This document shows, one piece after another, positions 1 through 12,649 of a stretch of DNA of 64,000 bases. Origin of the DNA: Mustelus asterias (lineage: Eukaryota); contig NC_135823.1 of NCBI RefSeq assembly GCF_964213995.1, forward strand, positions 744,001 to 808,000. The letters run 5' to 3'. Numbering within the stretch: the first letter of the stretch is position 1; each line of letters opens with the position of its first letter. The notes under the pieces are model-generated. The model saw only the letters and a list, made by a program, of their open reading frames with translations. It did no database searches and was not told the origin of the DNA. The position numbers and the translations under genes were made by a program.

Positions 1-240
1 GCGGTCTTGGACAGAGCAGGAGCCATACCAAGCCGTGATACAAACAGAAAGAATTATTTCTATGGTGCATCTGTAAAAGTTGTTGGGAGTCTTAGCTGAC
101 ATACCACATTTTCTTCGTCTTCTGAGAAAGTAGAGGCGTTGGTGCACCTTCTTAACTACAGTGTCGGCAAGGAGGGACCAGGGCAGGTTGTTGGTGATCT
201 GGACACATAAACACTTGAAGCTCTCGATCGTTTCTACTTC
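1..240 (-). mobile_element. Rex-Babar LINE fragment
   Basis: Near-collinear with 13080-13310. Confidence 0.75.
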
Positions 241-758
241 TATATTGTGCTTGGGCGAGGAACTGGAATGAAATAAGTTGCCTCTTTTATGAAATATGTC
301 TCTTGTTGCTCAATGACCCCTTCATTCCACGAAGGTAACTCTGTTTTTAGCATTGAGAGCGATTGAAAACAGGAAGCGTTGAAGATACTTGGCATTGGAA
401 ATATTTCACATTGTCCCGATTGTCAGGCAGTGACTAATGGGGTATCACAAGGATCTGTGCTGGGACCCCAACTGTTCACATTATATTAGTGACCTGTAAG
501 AGGGAATTTACTGCATCATCTCCAAGTTTGCAGATGATGCAAAGTTGGTTGGGACGTTGAGTTGCGAGGAGGATGCAGTGACGCTTCAGTGCGATTTGGA
601 TTGGCTGAGTGTATGGGCATCTGCACGGCAGGTGCCGTATAATGTGGCAAAATGTGAGGCTGCCCACTTCAGCAGGAATAATAGGAAGGCAGATTATTAT
701 TTGAATGGGTGTAAATTGAGCGAGATCTTAGTACCCTTGTGCATCAATCACTGAACAC

Positions 759-1035
759 GGGGCGGCACGGTAGCACAATGGTTAGCAGTGCTTCTTCACA
801 GAGCCAGGGACCCGGATTCAATTCGTGGCTTGGGTCATTGTCCGTGTGGAGTTTCCACGTTCTCCCCGTGTCTGCGTGGGTTTCCTCCGTTGCTCCAGTT
901 TCCTCCCACATTCTGAAAGACGTGCTGGTTTGTTCCATTGATCCGAACAGGCGCCGGAGTGTGGCGACAAGGGGAATTTCACAATAACTCCATTGCAGTG
1001 TTAATGTCAGCTTTACGGGTACAGTAGGCAATAAT
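759..1035 (+). mobile_element. tRNA-derived SINE (HE1-type head, GAACAGGCGCCGGAGTGTGG tail variant)
   Basis: Same head as 28753. The same tail variant occurs at 5931-6210(+), 10402-10665(+), 30085-30382(-), 32120-32395(-), 33698-33995(+) and 38075-38355(-). Confidence 0.85.
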
Positions 1036-2653
1036 CTCTGATATCTCTTCTTTCCATTGAACTGCTCCTACAGAAACAAATAATGAATAACTGTCATACA
1101 GCATTCTAATGGATTTTGGGATACAATTTTCAGTACTTTTTGTTCGATTTTTCATGGACTTTTTGAACCGCGTTGCTACTTTAGGCGATTTGTGAAGCTA
1201 TTCACTCGAATCCCAAATATTCCTCGAAACCATTCAGACAATAGTTTTGCAAGGAGTGATTGGGAGACTGGTGGTCTCATCAAAAAGCAGTACCTGACAC
1301 TTAATCCGTCCGGAAATCAATTTAAAATTAACATACCCACCTTGCAAGATTGTAATTTGTTATTGATGTGAGAATGTCTACTCCTGGTACGAGTGCGATC
1401 TGTAGTCCGTCTGAATCTGCAGTGAGTCTATTCCTGTCAACTGAACCCTCATAATGTCCAATGCTGGAATGGGAATATTACTGGGTGCAGTTTGCCCAAG
1501 ATTGTTTCAAAACGTGGAGATGATTTATTCCTGGGAATCGTGTGACATGGGAATGTTCAGAACATGAGGATTGTATGTTCCTGGCGAGAGAGTGGCGCAT
1601 GAATGGCGGAAATTGAAGAAGGACTAATCCTGGAAAGAGTTAGACCCTAAACCAGGAGTATGTATGTTCTCGATAATTGTGCGCAAAACTGAGATTACAG
1701 AGGGTCTATTCCTGGGAGCTACATGACCTGGAGTCTGAATGAGGCGTAACAGAATGTATTCCTTGGAAGAATGATTGCAGGGAATGTTTGAAAACCAGAG
1801 GTGATCTGTTCCCTGAGAATAGTCTGCCCTGGAAAGGTCTCACACAGTCGAGCGTCCATTCTTGGGATATGTGTATAGAGGAGGTTGTCAAAATCTAGAG
1901 AGGATCTATGCCTGCGAGATTTCTGTTCAAGAGATTGTGTTTATTTTGTGTGAATCAATTCCTTGGAAGAGCGTCCAAACAGAAGTGCTGAAAGCTTGCG
2001 TGGGTCTAGTTCTGGAAACGTTGTTCCTTCAGGAGTGTCAGAAAGTGGAGGGAGTCATATTATTTAGAAGTGTATGCCCAGGGAATGTTCCAGACACTGT
2101 GCAGACTCGAATGCACACATGATTATGAACTGTTGAGTTCCAGAAAGTGTTTGAATTGTCCATTTATCTTGGAGGGTTCCAATAATCCAGGCCTGATGTC
2201 CATCACCGTCAGCTGTCCAGACCAGTGAGTGGTCTGTCATGGGGTGTGGTTCAATCATGGGGTGGAAGTAGGGATGAAGAGCCTATTGCTAATCGCTGTT
2301 ATATTTTGCCAAGTTTATGAAACCGGGTCAGTCTGAGTTTGCACTGTACATCAGATTAAATGAGAAATATCACCTGACACAACTATATTTGAATTATCAA
2401 CTGCTGCCGTGAAACCTACAGGCCTGTAATCCACAGGTTTCATGTTCTCCCCTTATTAAACACTGGTGTTAGATTTGCTGATTTATATTCTGCAATATTT
2501 ATTCCCTCTCCCTACACCTTGCGCAGCTCCCCCACCCACACCAATTCCCTCTCCATTGGAATTATGCTGAAATTCTGTCTTGACTGTCTGGTTCCGACAT
2601 GGATAATGTTCACGCATTACTTTCCCGTTTCTTTTCCCTTCACTCTCTGACAG

Positions 2654-3554
2654 TTAATTTACTCGGAATTGTGATCCTGTGCCGGGGAAAGTGTGGACTC
2701 TCCAATTGCACCACTCGCTACCTGGTCGCCATGGCAACGGCATATCTCCTGTTCATTATCACGAACCCCATACTGACACAAATCACTGGTATTTATGTCC
2801 GATGGAGTTTACTGGACCTTACCCTTCTGTGTGGGGTAAATCTTTCCTGCTGTCTTCAGCCACAGACTGTTCTGTCTGGTTCACCATCACCTTCTCCTTG
2901 GATCAGTTTGTGGCCATTCTCTGCCAGAAACTGAAATCTTAATATTGCACCGGGAAAACTGCAGCTGTGGTCCTGGCAACAATCGGCATCCTGCTGTGTG
3001 CCAAAAACATACCCTGTTGGCTTACATGGGGACCGCGAGAGATAATCAACAACGTACCTTGCCTTTGCAAGACAAAACCAACCTATTGCATTGACCCAGG
3101 TTGGATTGGATTTGATTGGTATAAACAGATTTTAACCCCATTACTCGCATTCAGTTTAATTCTGTTGATCAACACACTGAAAGTCCAACACATTTTAGTG
3201 ACCAGTCGAGTCCGTAAGAGGCTCAGGACTCAGAGTAAGGGAGGGAATCGCAAAGACCCAGAGATGGAAAGCAGGAGGAAGTCAATGATATTACTCTTCA
3301 GTATATTTGGAACTTCCATTCTCCTGTGGTCTCCGTTTGTAATATTTTTTTTCTATGCAGATGCAAGAGGATTACTGCTCCTCAACAAGTCGGAATTTAT
3401 ATTTCAACAGATTGGATATATGCTGCTCAGTTTAAGTTGCTGCACAAATACATTTATTTATGTCGTGACTCAGTACAAATTCAGGGAGCAAATCAAGATC
3501 ACAGTGAATTATCCAGTGACATCAAAGATTCAATTAATCAATAAACGCAACTGA
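2654..3554 (+). pseudogene. GPR139/GPR142-like rhodopsin-class GPCR pseudogene (main exon)
   Basis: CTCTGACAG acceptor, then VNLLGIVILCRGKCGLSNCTTRYLVAMATA..; frameshift near 2835-2845; SVWFTITFSLDQFVAI (DRF->DQF); in-frame TAA at 2940-2942; then TM4-7 including DPEMESRRKSMILL and LSCCTNTFIYVVTQYKFREQ. Upstream first exon not identified. Confidence 0.85.
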
Positions 3555-3624
3555 TATACAACCAATCAGAGATGGGGTTTGATTGCTGACAGCCCATTCA
3601 GGCAATATGGAGCTCCAGCCGCTC

Positions 3625-3945
3625 ACTGGCACTGTGGCACAGGGTCAGTACTGCTGCCTTACAGTGCCAGGGACCCGGGTTCAATTCTGGCCTCAGGTCA
3701 CTGTGTGGAATTTGCACATTCCCCTCTTGTCTGCGTGGGTTTCCTCCGGGTGCTTTGGTTTCCTCCCGCGGTCCAATGCTGGGCGGGTTAGGTTGAAAGG
3801 CCACGCTGTATTAACCCTCGTGTCAAGGGGATTAGCAGGACAAGTATAAGGGGTTACGGAAATGGGGCCTGGATGGGATTGTTGTCGGTGCAGACTCCGT
3901 GGGCAAAATTGCATTCTTCTGCACTGTCGTGATTCTATGATTCAA
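3625..3945 (+). mobile_element. HE1-like SINE
   Basis: Collinear with the 28753 copy. Further copies at 4340-4660(-), 8680-8980(+), 20825-21123(-), 36990-37197(-), 38847-39170(+), 40660-40960(-), 41315-41530(+), 55898-56290(+), 60800-61110(-). Confidence 0.85.
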
Positions 3946-5525
3946 TGACAAATTCAGCAGCCAAGCATTAAATTCTTCCCGCTGACTGGCAGACAATTCC
4001 ACCAAGAATAACGTTCAGCCAATCAGAGAGTCTTGTTTCAGGCTGTCAGGCGCGACAGCAAATTAGGCAGCACGCCCGCTGACTAACATCAGGATGAGCC
4101 ATTCAGGTAGCTCCACTGACAGACAACGAACTGCAAAAGCCAGTCAGGGAGCTGTAGCCGACTAATTGAGTCACTTTAGCCAATGAGATGATATTCCTTC
4201 TGACTGACAGCACCGTTCGCAAATCAGATGCTCCGGCCAGTGACTGATATCTGACTGATCCAATCACGGATTTTGGACAGCGAACCTAAAGATCCTTCAG
4301 CCAATCAGGAACCCTGACTGACTTTCTGCGAAGGATTTCACAGAATCAGACAGTTCAGAAGCAGGCCATTCGGCCCATCGAGTCTGCACCGACAGCAATC
4401 CCACCCAGGCCCTATCCCCAGAACCATATGCGTTTACCCTAGCTAGTCCCTCTGACGCTAAGGGGCAATTTAGAATGGTCAATCCGCCGAACCCGCACAT
4501 TTTGGACTGAGAGGAAACCAGAGCATCCGGAGGAAACCCACGCTGACACGGGGAGAAGTTGAAAACTCCACACAGGCAGTGACCCAAGCCGGGAATTGAA
4601 CCGGGGTCCCTGACGCTGTGAGGCAGCAATGCTAACCACTGTGCCACAGTGCCGCCATCCCCCCAACTTTGCGATTGTGATTGTCTCAGTTGTACCAATT
4701 TGGGCACAAAATGCTGGCCAGAGAGATCACAACCCGTGAAAAATATCTCAAATCTAAGTTAGTGTTATGTTGTGTTTGTTCTGCAAAATGAGGCAAGTGC
4801 CAGTGCAGCTACTGATCAGAGTTGTGACGATCTGGTTTCTATTCATTGTCTCAGTAATAGTGGTCGCTCGAGTCCTTCTGAATACGGTATGGTCTTGGGT
4901 GTGAACTGAAAACAGCAATGGAAGCACAATGACATTCAGTGTGGTCGGGACAAAGTTTGAGAGGTTGTTGTGAAGTCGGACATGACCTGTCATGTCAGCA
5001 ACTGCATGGTTAATGGCAAAGGCAGAATGAGGTCCGAGTATATCAAGAGGAAAGGATATGAGTGAGTGATACAGATAGAGTCCAGCAAAGATATGACAAT
5101 TCGATTACCGAGATGCTCACATATCAGACCTGCCAGCATACAACATGTTCACAGTGGGAGACAGGGAAATCTAAACTTTAACTCAAACTGAAAAGCCATT
5201 CACATGACATCTGAAGCTGCGTGGAGCTGACGCTGCGTCAATGCCTCATAAAGTGCACAAGATACCTCTTAATATTGTTCTGGAGTACTGTCAGTCTTAT
5301 GCATGTAATTCAATAGATGGGCAAATACGGAAGGGTAAATGAAGATCGGAAATCTAACCAAGATATCAGTGATTAAACTCCATCAGCCAGCCACACACGA
5401 TATTCTAACACACTGAAATTTATGGGATGGAAATTTATTTTCTGGGACGTCATATAACATACCATCACAGGTTTCATGAATAAAAACATTTTTTGGAAAA
5501 TTAGATGAATGGCTCCATCCTCATT

Positions 5526-5654
5526 ATGTGGAGATGCCGGCGTTGGACTGGGGTAAGCACAGTAAGAAGTCTCACAACACCAGGTTAAAGTCCAACAGGT
5601 TTATTTGGATAAACCTGTTGGACTTTAACCTGGTGTTGTGAGACTTCTTACTGT
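5526..5654. mobile_element. Short hairpin insertion with TSD, probably a Penelope-like element end
   Basis: Perfect 46-bp inverted repeat (5559-5604 / 5609-5654), loop TTGG; flanked by CCATCCTCATT at 5515-5525 and 5655-5665. Confidence 0.7.
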
Positions 5655-5744
5655 CCATCCTCATTGCCAGTATATATCTGGAGTTTCTGTGTATGTCAGT
5701 GCGTGTCCCTGGATAAAGTTCACAAAGCGCTGAGACTATTGCAT

Positions 5745-6850
5745 CTCTCTCTCTCTCTCTCTCTTTCTTCTGCTCTGCTCAGTGAAGGCACATTGAAAGA
5801 TTTATCTCGTAGCCCTCCCCTGTTCCCTCTCACTCCAAATCCCCAACCTCCAGTCCCCCTCAAAATCCCTCTGACTCCCATTCCCTCTGCCCGTCTCGAA
5901 ACCCGCTAATCCATTCAAAAGCAAGCAAATGAGGCGGCACGATGGCACAGTGGTTAGCACTGCTGCCTCCCAGTGCCAGGAACGCCAGTTCGATTCCTGG
6001 CTTGGATCACAGTCTGTGTGGAGTTTGCATATTCTCCCTGTGTCTGCGTGGGTTTCCTCCGGGTGCTCCGGTTTCATCCCACAGTGTGAAAGATGTGCTG
6101 GTTCGGTGCACTGACCCGAACAGGCGACGGAATATGGTGACCAGGGGAATTTCACAGTTACTTCACTGCTGTGTTAATGTAAGCCTTACTTATGATTGAT
6201 TAAAAATATAAATCCCTTCCAGCTCCCCGTTCCTACTGCTCCCCCTCTAACTGGCACTCCCCCTACAAACCGCACCCCCCCTCCCCGCCAATCCGGTCCT
6301 TCCAATTCCCGCTCAGCCTCCAAATCCCTCTGAGTCTTCTCTCACTATAACCCTGATGCCCTTTCGAATTCCCCCTCCCCGATAAAACTGCTGCACCAAT
6401 TGCTCTAACACTATTCTCCAAACCCTGCACCCTCTCCATATCTTCTCGAAATCCCTCTGTTTATCCTCTCTCACTCCCATTCTCCCCTGGCCCATTTCCA
6501 AGTCGCACTCAATATCTCCATCTCCCCTTCCCTCTAATTCTTTCTAACACCCTTTTAAATTCCACTCCCCCTCCAAAACTCTTTCCTTCCCATTTCCCGC
6601 TCTCACTTCCGCCCCTCTCCATATCGAAATCCCTCTCTCCCTGAAAGTCACTCCCTCTATAGCCCTCTATCCCTCGGGCCCCAAGTTCGTTGTCAAATAT
6701 CTAACTGCAATGGACCTTTTCTGACAAACGGTTTCCCCGTAACAACCCTAAGCCCCTCTCCCTAACAATCTCTGTCTAACCCTCCCTATGAACACCCCCT
6801 GCCCTGACTTATTCGCCCCCTTGTGAACACCCTTGACCTGACTATATATA
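5745..6850. repeat. C/CT-rich low-complexity tract (interrupted by a SINE)
   Basis: Base composition; (CT)n at 5744-5765. Confidence 0.7.
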
Positions 6851-7019
6851 TATATCTCCATATGAACAGTCCCGACCCTGACTCCTTCCGTCTCCCTTTG
6901 AACCACACAACACTGAATAATCTCCAGCACCATGGGCACAACGCCCACACCAATTCTTTAACTGCTGCTTCCTCTGAACAGAGAACCAATTAGCGATGAG
7001 CCCCTCCAAACACAACAGC

Positions 7020-9190
7020 TTATCCACTTTGAATCACACATGGAATATAAAATGATATGTATGCCCTTCGTCCATTTCTGCCTGTTGCGACATTCACTAT
7101 GACGATGGCTGATCATCCAATTCAATGCACAAATCCCGCCTTCACTCCATATCCTTCTGTCCCTGCAGCCCCAAGTTCCAAATCAAATTCCTTCTTGAAA
7201 TCACACCACGTTTTGGCCTCAACTGCTTTCTGTCGTCGAGAACTCCACACATTCACCACTCTCTGGGTGAAGAAATGTCTCCTCACCTTAGTCCTCGAAG
7301 TATTGGTCCTTATCCTATTGCTATGAAAACTAATTCTGCACACCTCTGCCATTGGAAACATTCCTCCAGAATCTACACTGCTTAATCCTGTTAAAATTTT
7401 GGAAGTTTCGACGAGGTCCCCCTGACTCTTCTGAACTTGAGTCAATACAATCCTAACCAACACAACCTCTGCATTTATGGCACTCGCCTCATCCCAGGAA
7501 TCAGCCTGGTAAGAGTATGCTGCATTCCCTCAGTAGCAAGAACTTTCCTCCTCAGATAAGAAGATCAAAATTGATCACAATACTTCAGACGTGGCCTGAC
7601 CAATGCCCTATACAATTACAGTAAAACAAACTTAATCCTATAATTAAACCCTGTCGCTATGATGGTCCATATACAATTTGCCTTCTTTACGGCCTGCTGT
7701 ACCTTCACACTTACCTTCAGCGATTGATGCACGAGAACACCAAGGTCTGGCTGCCTATCTAACTCTCTCAATTTACACCAATTGGAGTATGAATGTATCT
7801 TCCTACTATTACTATCAAAGTGGAACACCTCACATTTATCCACAGTATACGGCATCTGTCATGCAATACGCCCACTCACTCAGCCTATCCATATCACGCT
7901 GAACCATCGCTGCATCTTCCTCACAGCTCACCCTCCCACCCACTTTATATCAGCTGCAAAGCTGGAGATAATATATCTCGTTTCTTCTTCCAAATCATTC
8001 ACATATAATGTGAGCAGTACGGGTCCTAACAAAGATCATTGTGGTACTCCACTTCTCAGTCTTCTATTTCGAAGAATTTCCAGTCATTCCGACGATTTGC
8101 TTCCTGTCTGCGAACCAGCATTCTCTCCACCTCAGGACAGGACACATAATGTTTTGCGTTTAACTTTACGGAACAATCTAATGTACGAGGCCTTGTGAAA
8201 AGCCATCTGAAAGTCTAGATCGACCATATTCACCGGTTCCCCCTCGTCAACGCTATTAGCTGCATCCTCAAATAATTCCAGTTGTTTTGTCATGCATAAT
8301 TTCCCTGATGTGAGCCCATGCTGAATTTGCTGAGTATGCGATTTCTTTCCAAATGATATGCTCGGACACCGTTGATAATTGATTCATGCAACTTCTTTAT
8401 TGCCGACGTTAGGCTCACTTGTCTATAATCTCCTGTTTTCTCCCTGCCGCTATTTTTAAATAGTGGGCTTGCATTAGTTATCCTTCAATCTACAGGATCT
8501 ATTACAGAACCCAAAGAATTTTGGAAAATGAGCACGAATGGATCTTCTGTTTCTTGGTCCATGTCTATAACTCCGCTGGTTTGAAGAGGATGAATGCATG
8601 GAGATTTGACCAATTTCAATCCCATTAATTTCCGCAAAACCATTTCACGACTAATGCTGATTTCCTTCAGCGCCTCACCGGGGGCGGCATGGTTTGCACT
8701 GTTGACTCACAGCGCCACGGACCCGAGTTCGATTCCGACCTTGGGAGACTGTCTGTGTGGAGTTTGCACGTTCTCCCTGTGTCCGCATGGGTTTCCTTTG
8801 GGTGCTCCTGTTTCCCCCAACAGCCTCAAAAAGGGTGGGTTAGGTTGATTGGCCATGCTAATTTGTCCCTAGTTTTGGGGAATCAGGGGATTAGTCGGGT
8901 AAATTTGGGGGGCAACGGGGATATGGCCAGGGTGGGATTGTTGCTGGTGAAGGCTCGATGGGCCTCCTTCTGCACTCCTTCTAAAGCTCGTGTTTCTCGG
9001 AATTCCCAGCACATCATTCATGCCTTCCTTTCTCAAGACAGAAACAAAATAGGAATTTCGTTCCTCAGTCTTATCTTTGCTCCCCGTTGTAAGTTCTCCC
9101 GTTTCTGACTGTGACTGACCTACATTTATTTTTGTCAATATTTTTCTCTCTATATGTCCAACTAAACCTTTGCAGTCAGTTTTCATGATC
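7020..9190 (-). mobile_element. CR1 LINE ORF2 fragment interrupted by a SINE
   Basis: DKCEVFHF, DLGVLVHQSLK, FFTQRVVNVW motifs. Confidence 0.8.
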
Positions 9191-12100
9191 CCCCTAACGT
9201 TAGTTCAATGCTCTCGATCGATTTGAAAACTCGACCGATTCAAATTTACCATTTAATATTTAGCAGCCTGTTTCCCTTAGCTCCGAAAAACCCCCGGTTT
9301 ATAATGCCCCCCTTCCTGTCCAATCGCAACCTGTGTCTAATTTCACCCCTCTGCCTTGCCAACTGCCCCTTACATCTGTCTAATGATGCTTCGCACTGAA
9401 CAGCCCCCCTGATTTAATATACCACCGCCTTTCTCTACAAACAACGCCGTTGGCTCATTCCCCCTCTGTCTTGTCTACTTACCTCAATCTATCTCATAAC
9501 CCCTGGTACTGAACAGCCTCCTGTTTTCAAACTCCTCTCCCTTTCAAAGTTCCCCACTTCGGCTCTGAACGTGGCCCATCGCTCTTTCTGAAAAACAAAA
9601 CACTGATATATTTCATCCCCCACAAAAGATGAAGAGAGAGAAAGAGAGAGAGAGAGAGATAGAGGGAGGGCATGGGAGGGGCGGGGGGCGGGGGGCGGTG
9701 GGGTGAAAATTGCAGTCGGAATGTGCCAAGAGGCTGCGATACAAAATAAGATGGAGCAAGTTTTATAACAGGTAACGTGGGGGATTGGAAAGTGTGAAAA
9801 TTTTGAGAGAGAGAAAGACAAAGAGAGAGATAGAGAGAATATGAGTCAGAGAAAACCAGGGAAACGGGATGAAATCTATAGTGACTGATTTAGACAGAAT
9901 GTGGGGAAAGAGTGATTTGACCAAACATGTTGAGAAACAGTGTTGAAGATGGGGGAGGTGCTCAGATGGAGCTGCAGAGAGAAATTGAGATATTGAATTC
10001 TATGGGATTATATTACAGCAGGGGGCCTCAACATGGATCACTCTGAATACCCCGTGCGTCCACACAGACCCTTAACCCCCATTTGAAAAAAACGCACAAC
10101 TCCTATCTCTGTATGAAATGAGTGAGAAAGACACATGGACATTTATTCATATTTATCGCTCCGCTTACAGCTCCTTTCTGTGGAATCATCGAGCTAAATC
10201 TATTCTCTATTCACATCGTCAAATCTTCCAAATGAATAGTCATTGGGAGAGAGAGAGAAAAATCTATGAATGCATTAGAAAGACAAAATAAAATTCAATG
10301 AAAAAGACACAGCAAAAGCCCAGGAATCTTATCACTCATCAAAACCCACAATCGTATTGGCGGGAGAATCCCGTTTTCTCAGCTTCTTCCCCATTAATGG
10401 ACGGGCACGGCGGCACAGTGGTTAGCACTGCTGCCTCACAGCAATCAGAGACCCGGCTTGGATTCCCGGCTTTGGTCAGTGTCTGTGTGGAGTTTGCACG
10501 TTGTTCCCGAGTCAGTGTGGGTTTCCTCCAGGTGCTCTGGTTCCCTCCCACATTCTGCTGGTTAGGTGTATTGATTCGAACAGGGGCCGGAGTGTGGTGC
10601 CTTGGGGGATTTCACAGTAACTTCATTGCAATGTCAATGTAACCCTTACTTATGACTAACAAAGTTTACTTTCACTTTATTAAACCCTGACAACATACAA
10701 ACAGACTCCGAATCAACTGAAGTTGGAAGCTCCTCTTGTCTGTCCGAATATTTCGACGATTAAACAAATAAACACATCAATACATGGGGGTGAGGCGAGG
10801 CTGGTGGTGCTTTACTCCAGAGAATGGTCAAGATTCATCAGTTTCATCTGTACCACTTAGTCCACTTCCCTATCCCCGACAGCATTCCCGAGTGCTAGAA
10901 TGCCTCCAACGTGTTCTGCGGTGCAACTGAATCATCGATCCAAACTGTGACTAATTGACATGAAGCACATAATGACCCATCGAGTGATACACATAACCTT
11001 GCTTCTAATTGGTAATGAGGGATTCATCGGTTTCTATGGCTGGACTTTCGGTTTTGGAGACGATGAAAACACTCTTACGCAGTTCCCTCGTGTATGTTTC
11101 CCCTCAGGGAAAAAATAGATCAGCGATGTATAAATATCTTTCAAAACCATTTCCTCATTTGCTCTAACGAAGGGTCATTTAGATTTGAAATGTTGGCTCT
11201 GTTCTCTCCCCACAGATGCTGTCAGACCCGCTGAGAATTTCCATTTTATCTGCTCTTGTTTAAGATTCCAGGACCCGCAGTGTTTTGTTTTTGCCTCAAC
11301 ATTTACTCATGGATTATTCGGGGAATGAACCTGATTTAAAGGTATTCCACGCATGTTTACTTACCTGTGTGACCCCGGATGTCTGAAAACGCAGTGTGAA
11401 AGGACACCACACACAAACGTTCGCTTGGGTCAGAGCATGGATGGAACCAGTTCGACAGTTGTAACAATCAGAACAAGCATTGAATTGTCGGCCTTCTGCC
11501 CACCAGGAAAGACATGGCTAAAGGTGGAGGACGAGGGACGCGATCAATGTTAAGGTTATGAACGAATTCGGCAGGGTAGACGGAGGCAGTTTATTTCCAT
11601 TTGTGTGGAGTTAACAGGAAGAGCCACAAAGAGTATAATAAAGTTGGCAGTAAATTTACGAGGAACCACTTTACTCAGTGGGTGGGGATAATGTAGAAGT
11701 AGTTCCCACAGTGAGCCGAACAGTGGAGTTCCATTTGATGGAGAAACTGCATGAACTCAGGAAGGAGAAATAAATAAATTGCTGGGTTAATGGCGCGGGT
11801 GGTGGTGGTGGTGGGTGTCGGGGTGGGGGTTGGTGGTGGAGGGCTTGTGGGGCCGTGGGTTGGGGGCGGTTGCGTAGATGTGGGAGAAAGTTGTTGTGAA
11901 GTACAGCGATCAGCCCGGAGTAGATGGCTCATACCCCGCTATTCAAGAGAAAGGAGAAATATACGGTGAAACTGTTGCGAAAATATTTGCATCCTTTTGA
12001 ATGTTTCTTCATCGTGTACGTGTTTGCATAAAACAGAATATAGTCGGGTGTTTGGAATTAATTCAATGCAGCACTCTGGCATTCCCTGTGCCCATTCGAA

Positions 12101-12649
12101 TGTCACAAACAGAAATGCTGCTGAATTCAGCAAGGTTGCCTTTTCTCCACATTTTGTATCAGTCTTAGCGCGTGTTTAGCACGATTTAGAAGATGTTGAA
12201 CGTTGCAGACTGAGCTATGCGTGGGTTTTAAATCAATAAACAGCAAACGCTGGGCGACAATTCAAACTGTCCTGAAGGTTCCGGTGCGCCATTTTTTAAC
12301 TGCAGCACGCAGTCTCTGCAAAACGTGTATTTTCACCATGTCTTCCGATCCCCTGTGTTACCGCAGCACACCAAGTGTGTATCGCGCTGGGTGTTGTTGC
12401 GTTTGTTTGCAGTTGATGTCTTTTTCACTCCTCCTTTAGAATAGCGCATTTGCAGGGTTAGAACCACTGAGACAGTAAGTCAAGTAGAAAATTAAGCCAA
12501 TAACTACTTTCTATAATATGGATTTCATGGTGAAAGAATGAATCATTTGCAGCTGGTCAAAAGCGATCACAGGAAACATTCACCAATACATCCGTTGGGC
12601 AGCTCTACTGCTCTGGGATGTGACTGATTCAACGGCCACCATTTAAAAA

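Noticed and set aside
4788-4904. Short hydrophobic plus-strand ORF (MRQVPVQLLIRVVTIWFLFIVSVIVVARVLLNTVWSWV)
   Set aside because: Only 38 aa, with no family motif or linked exons I can support.
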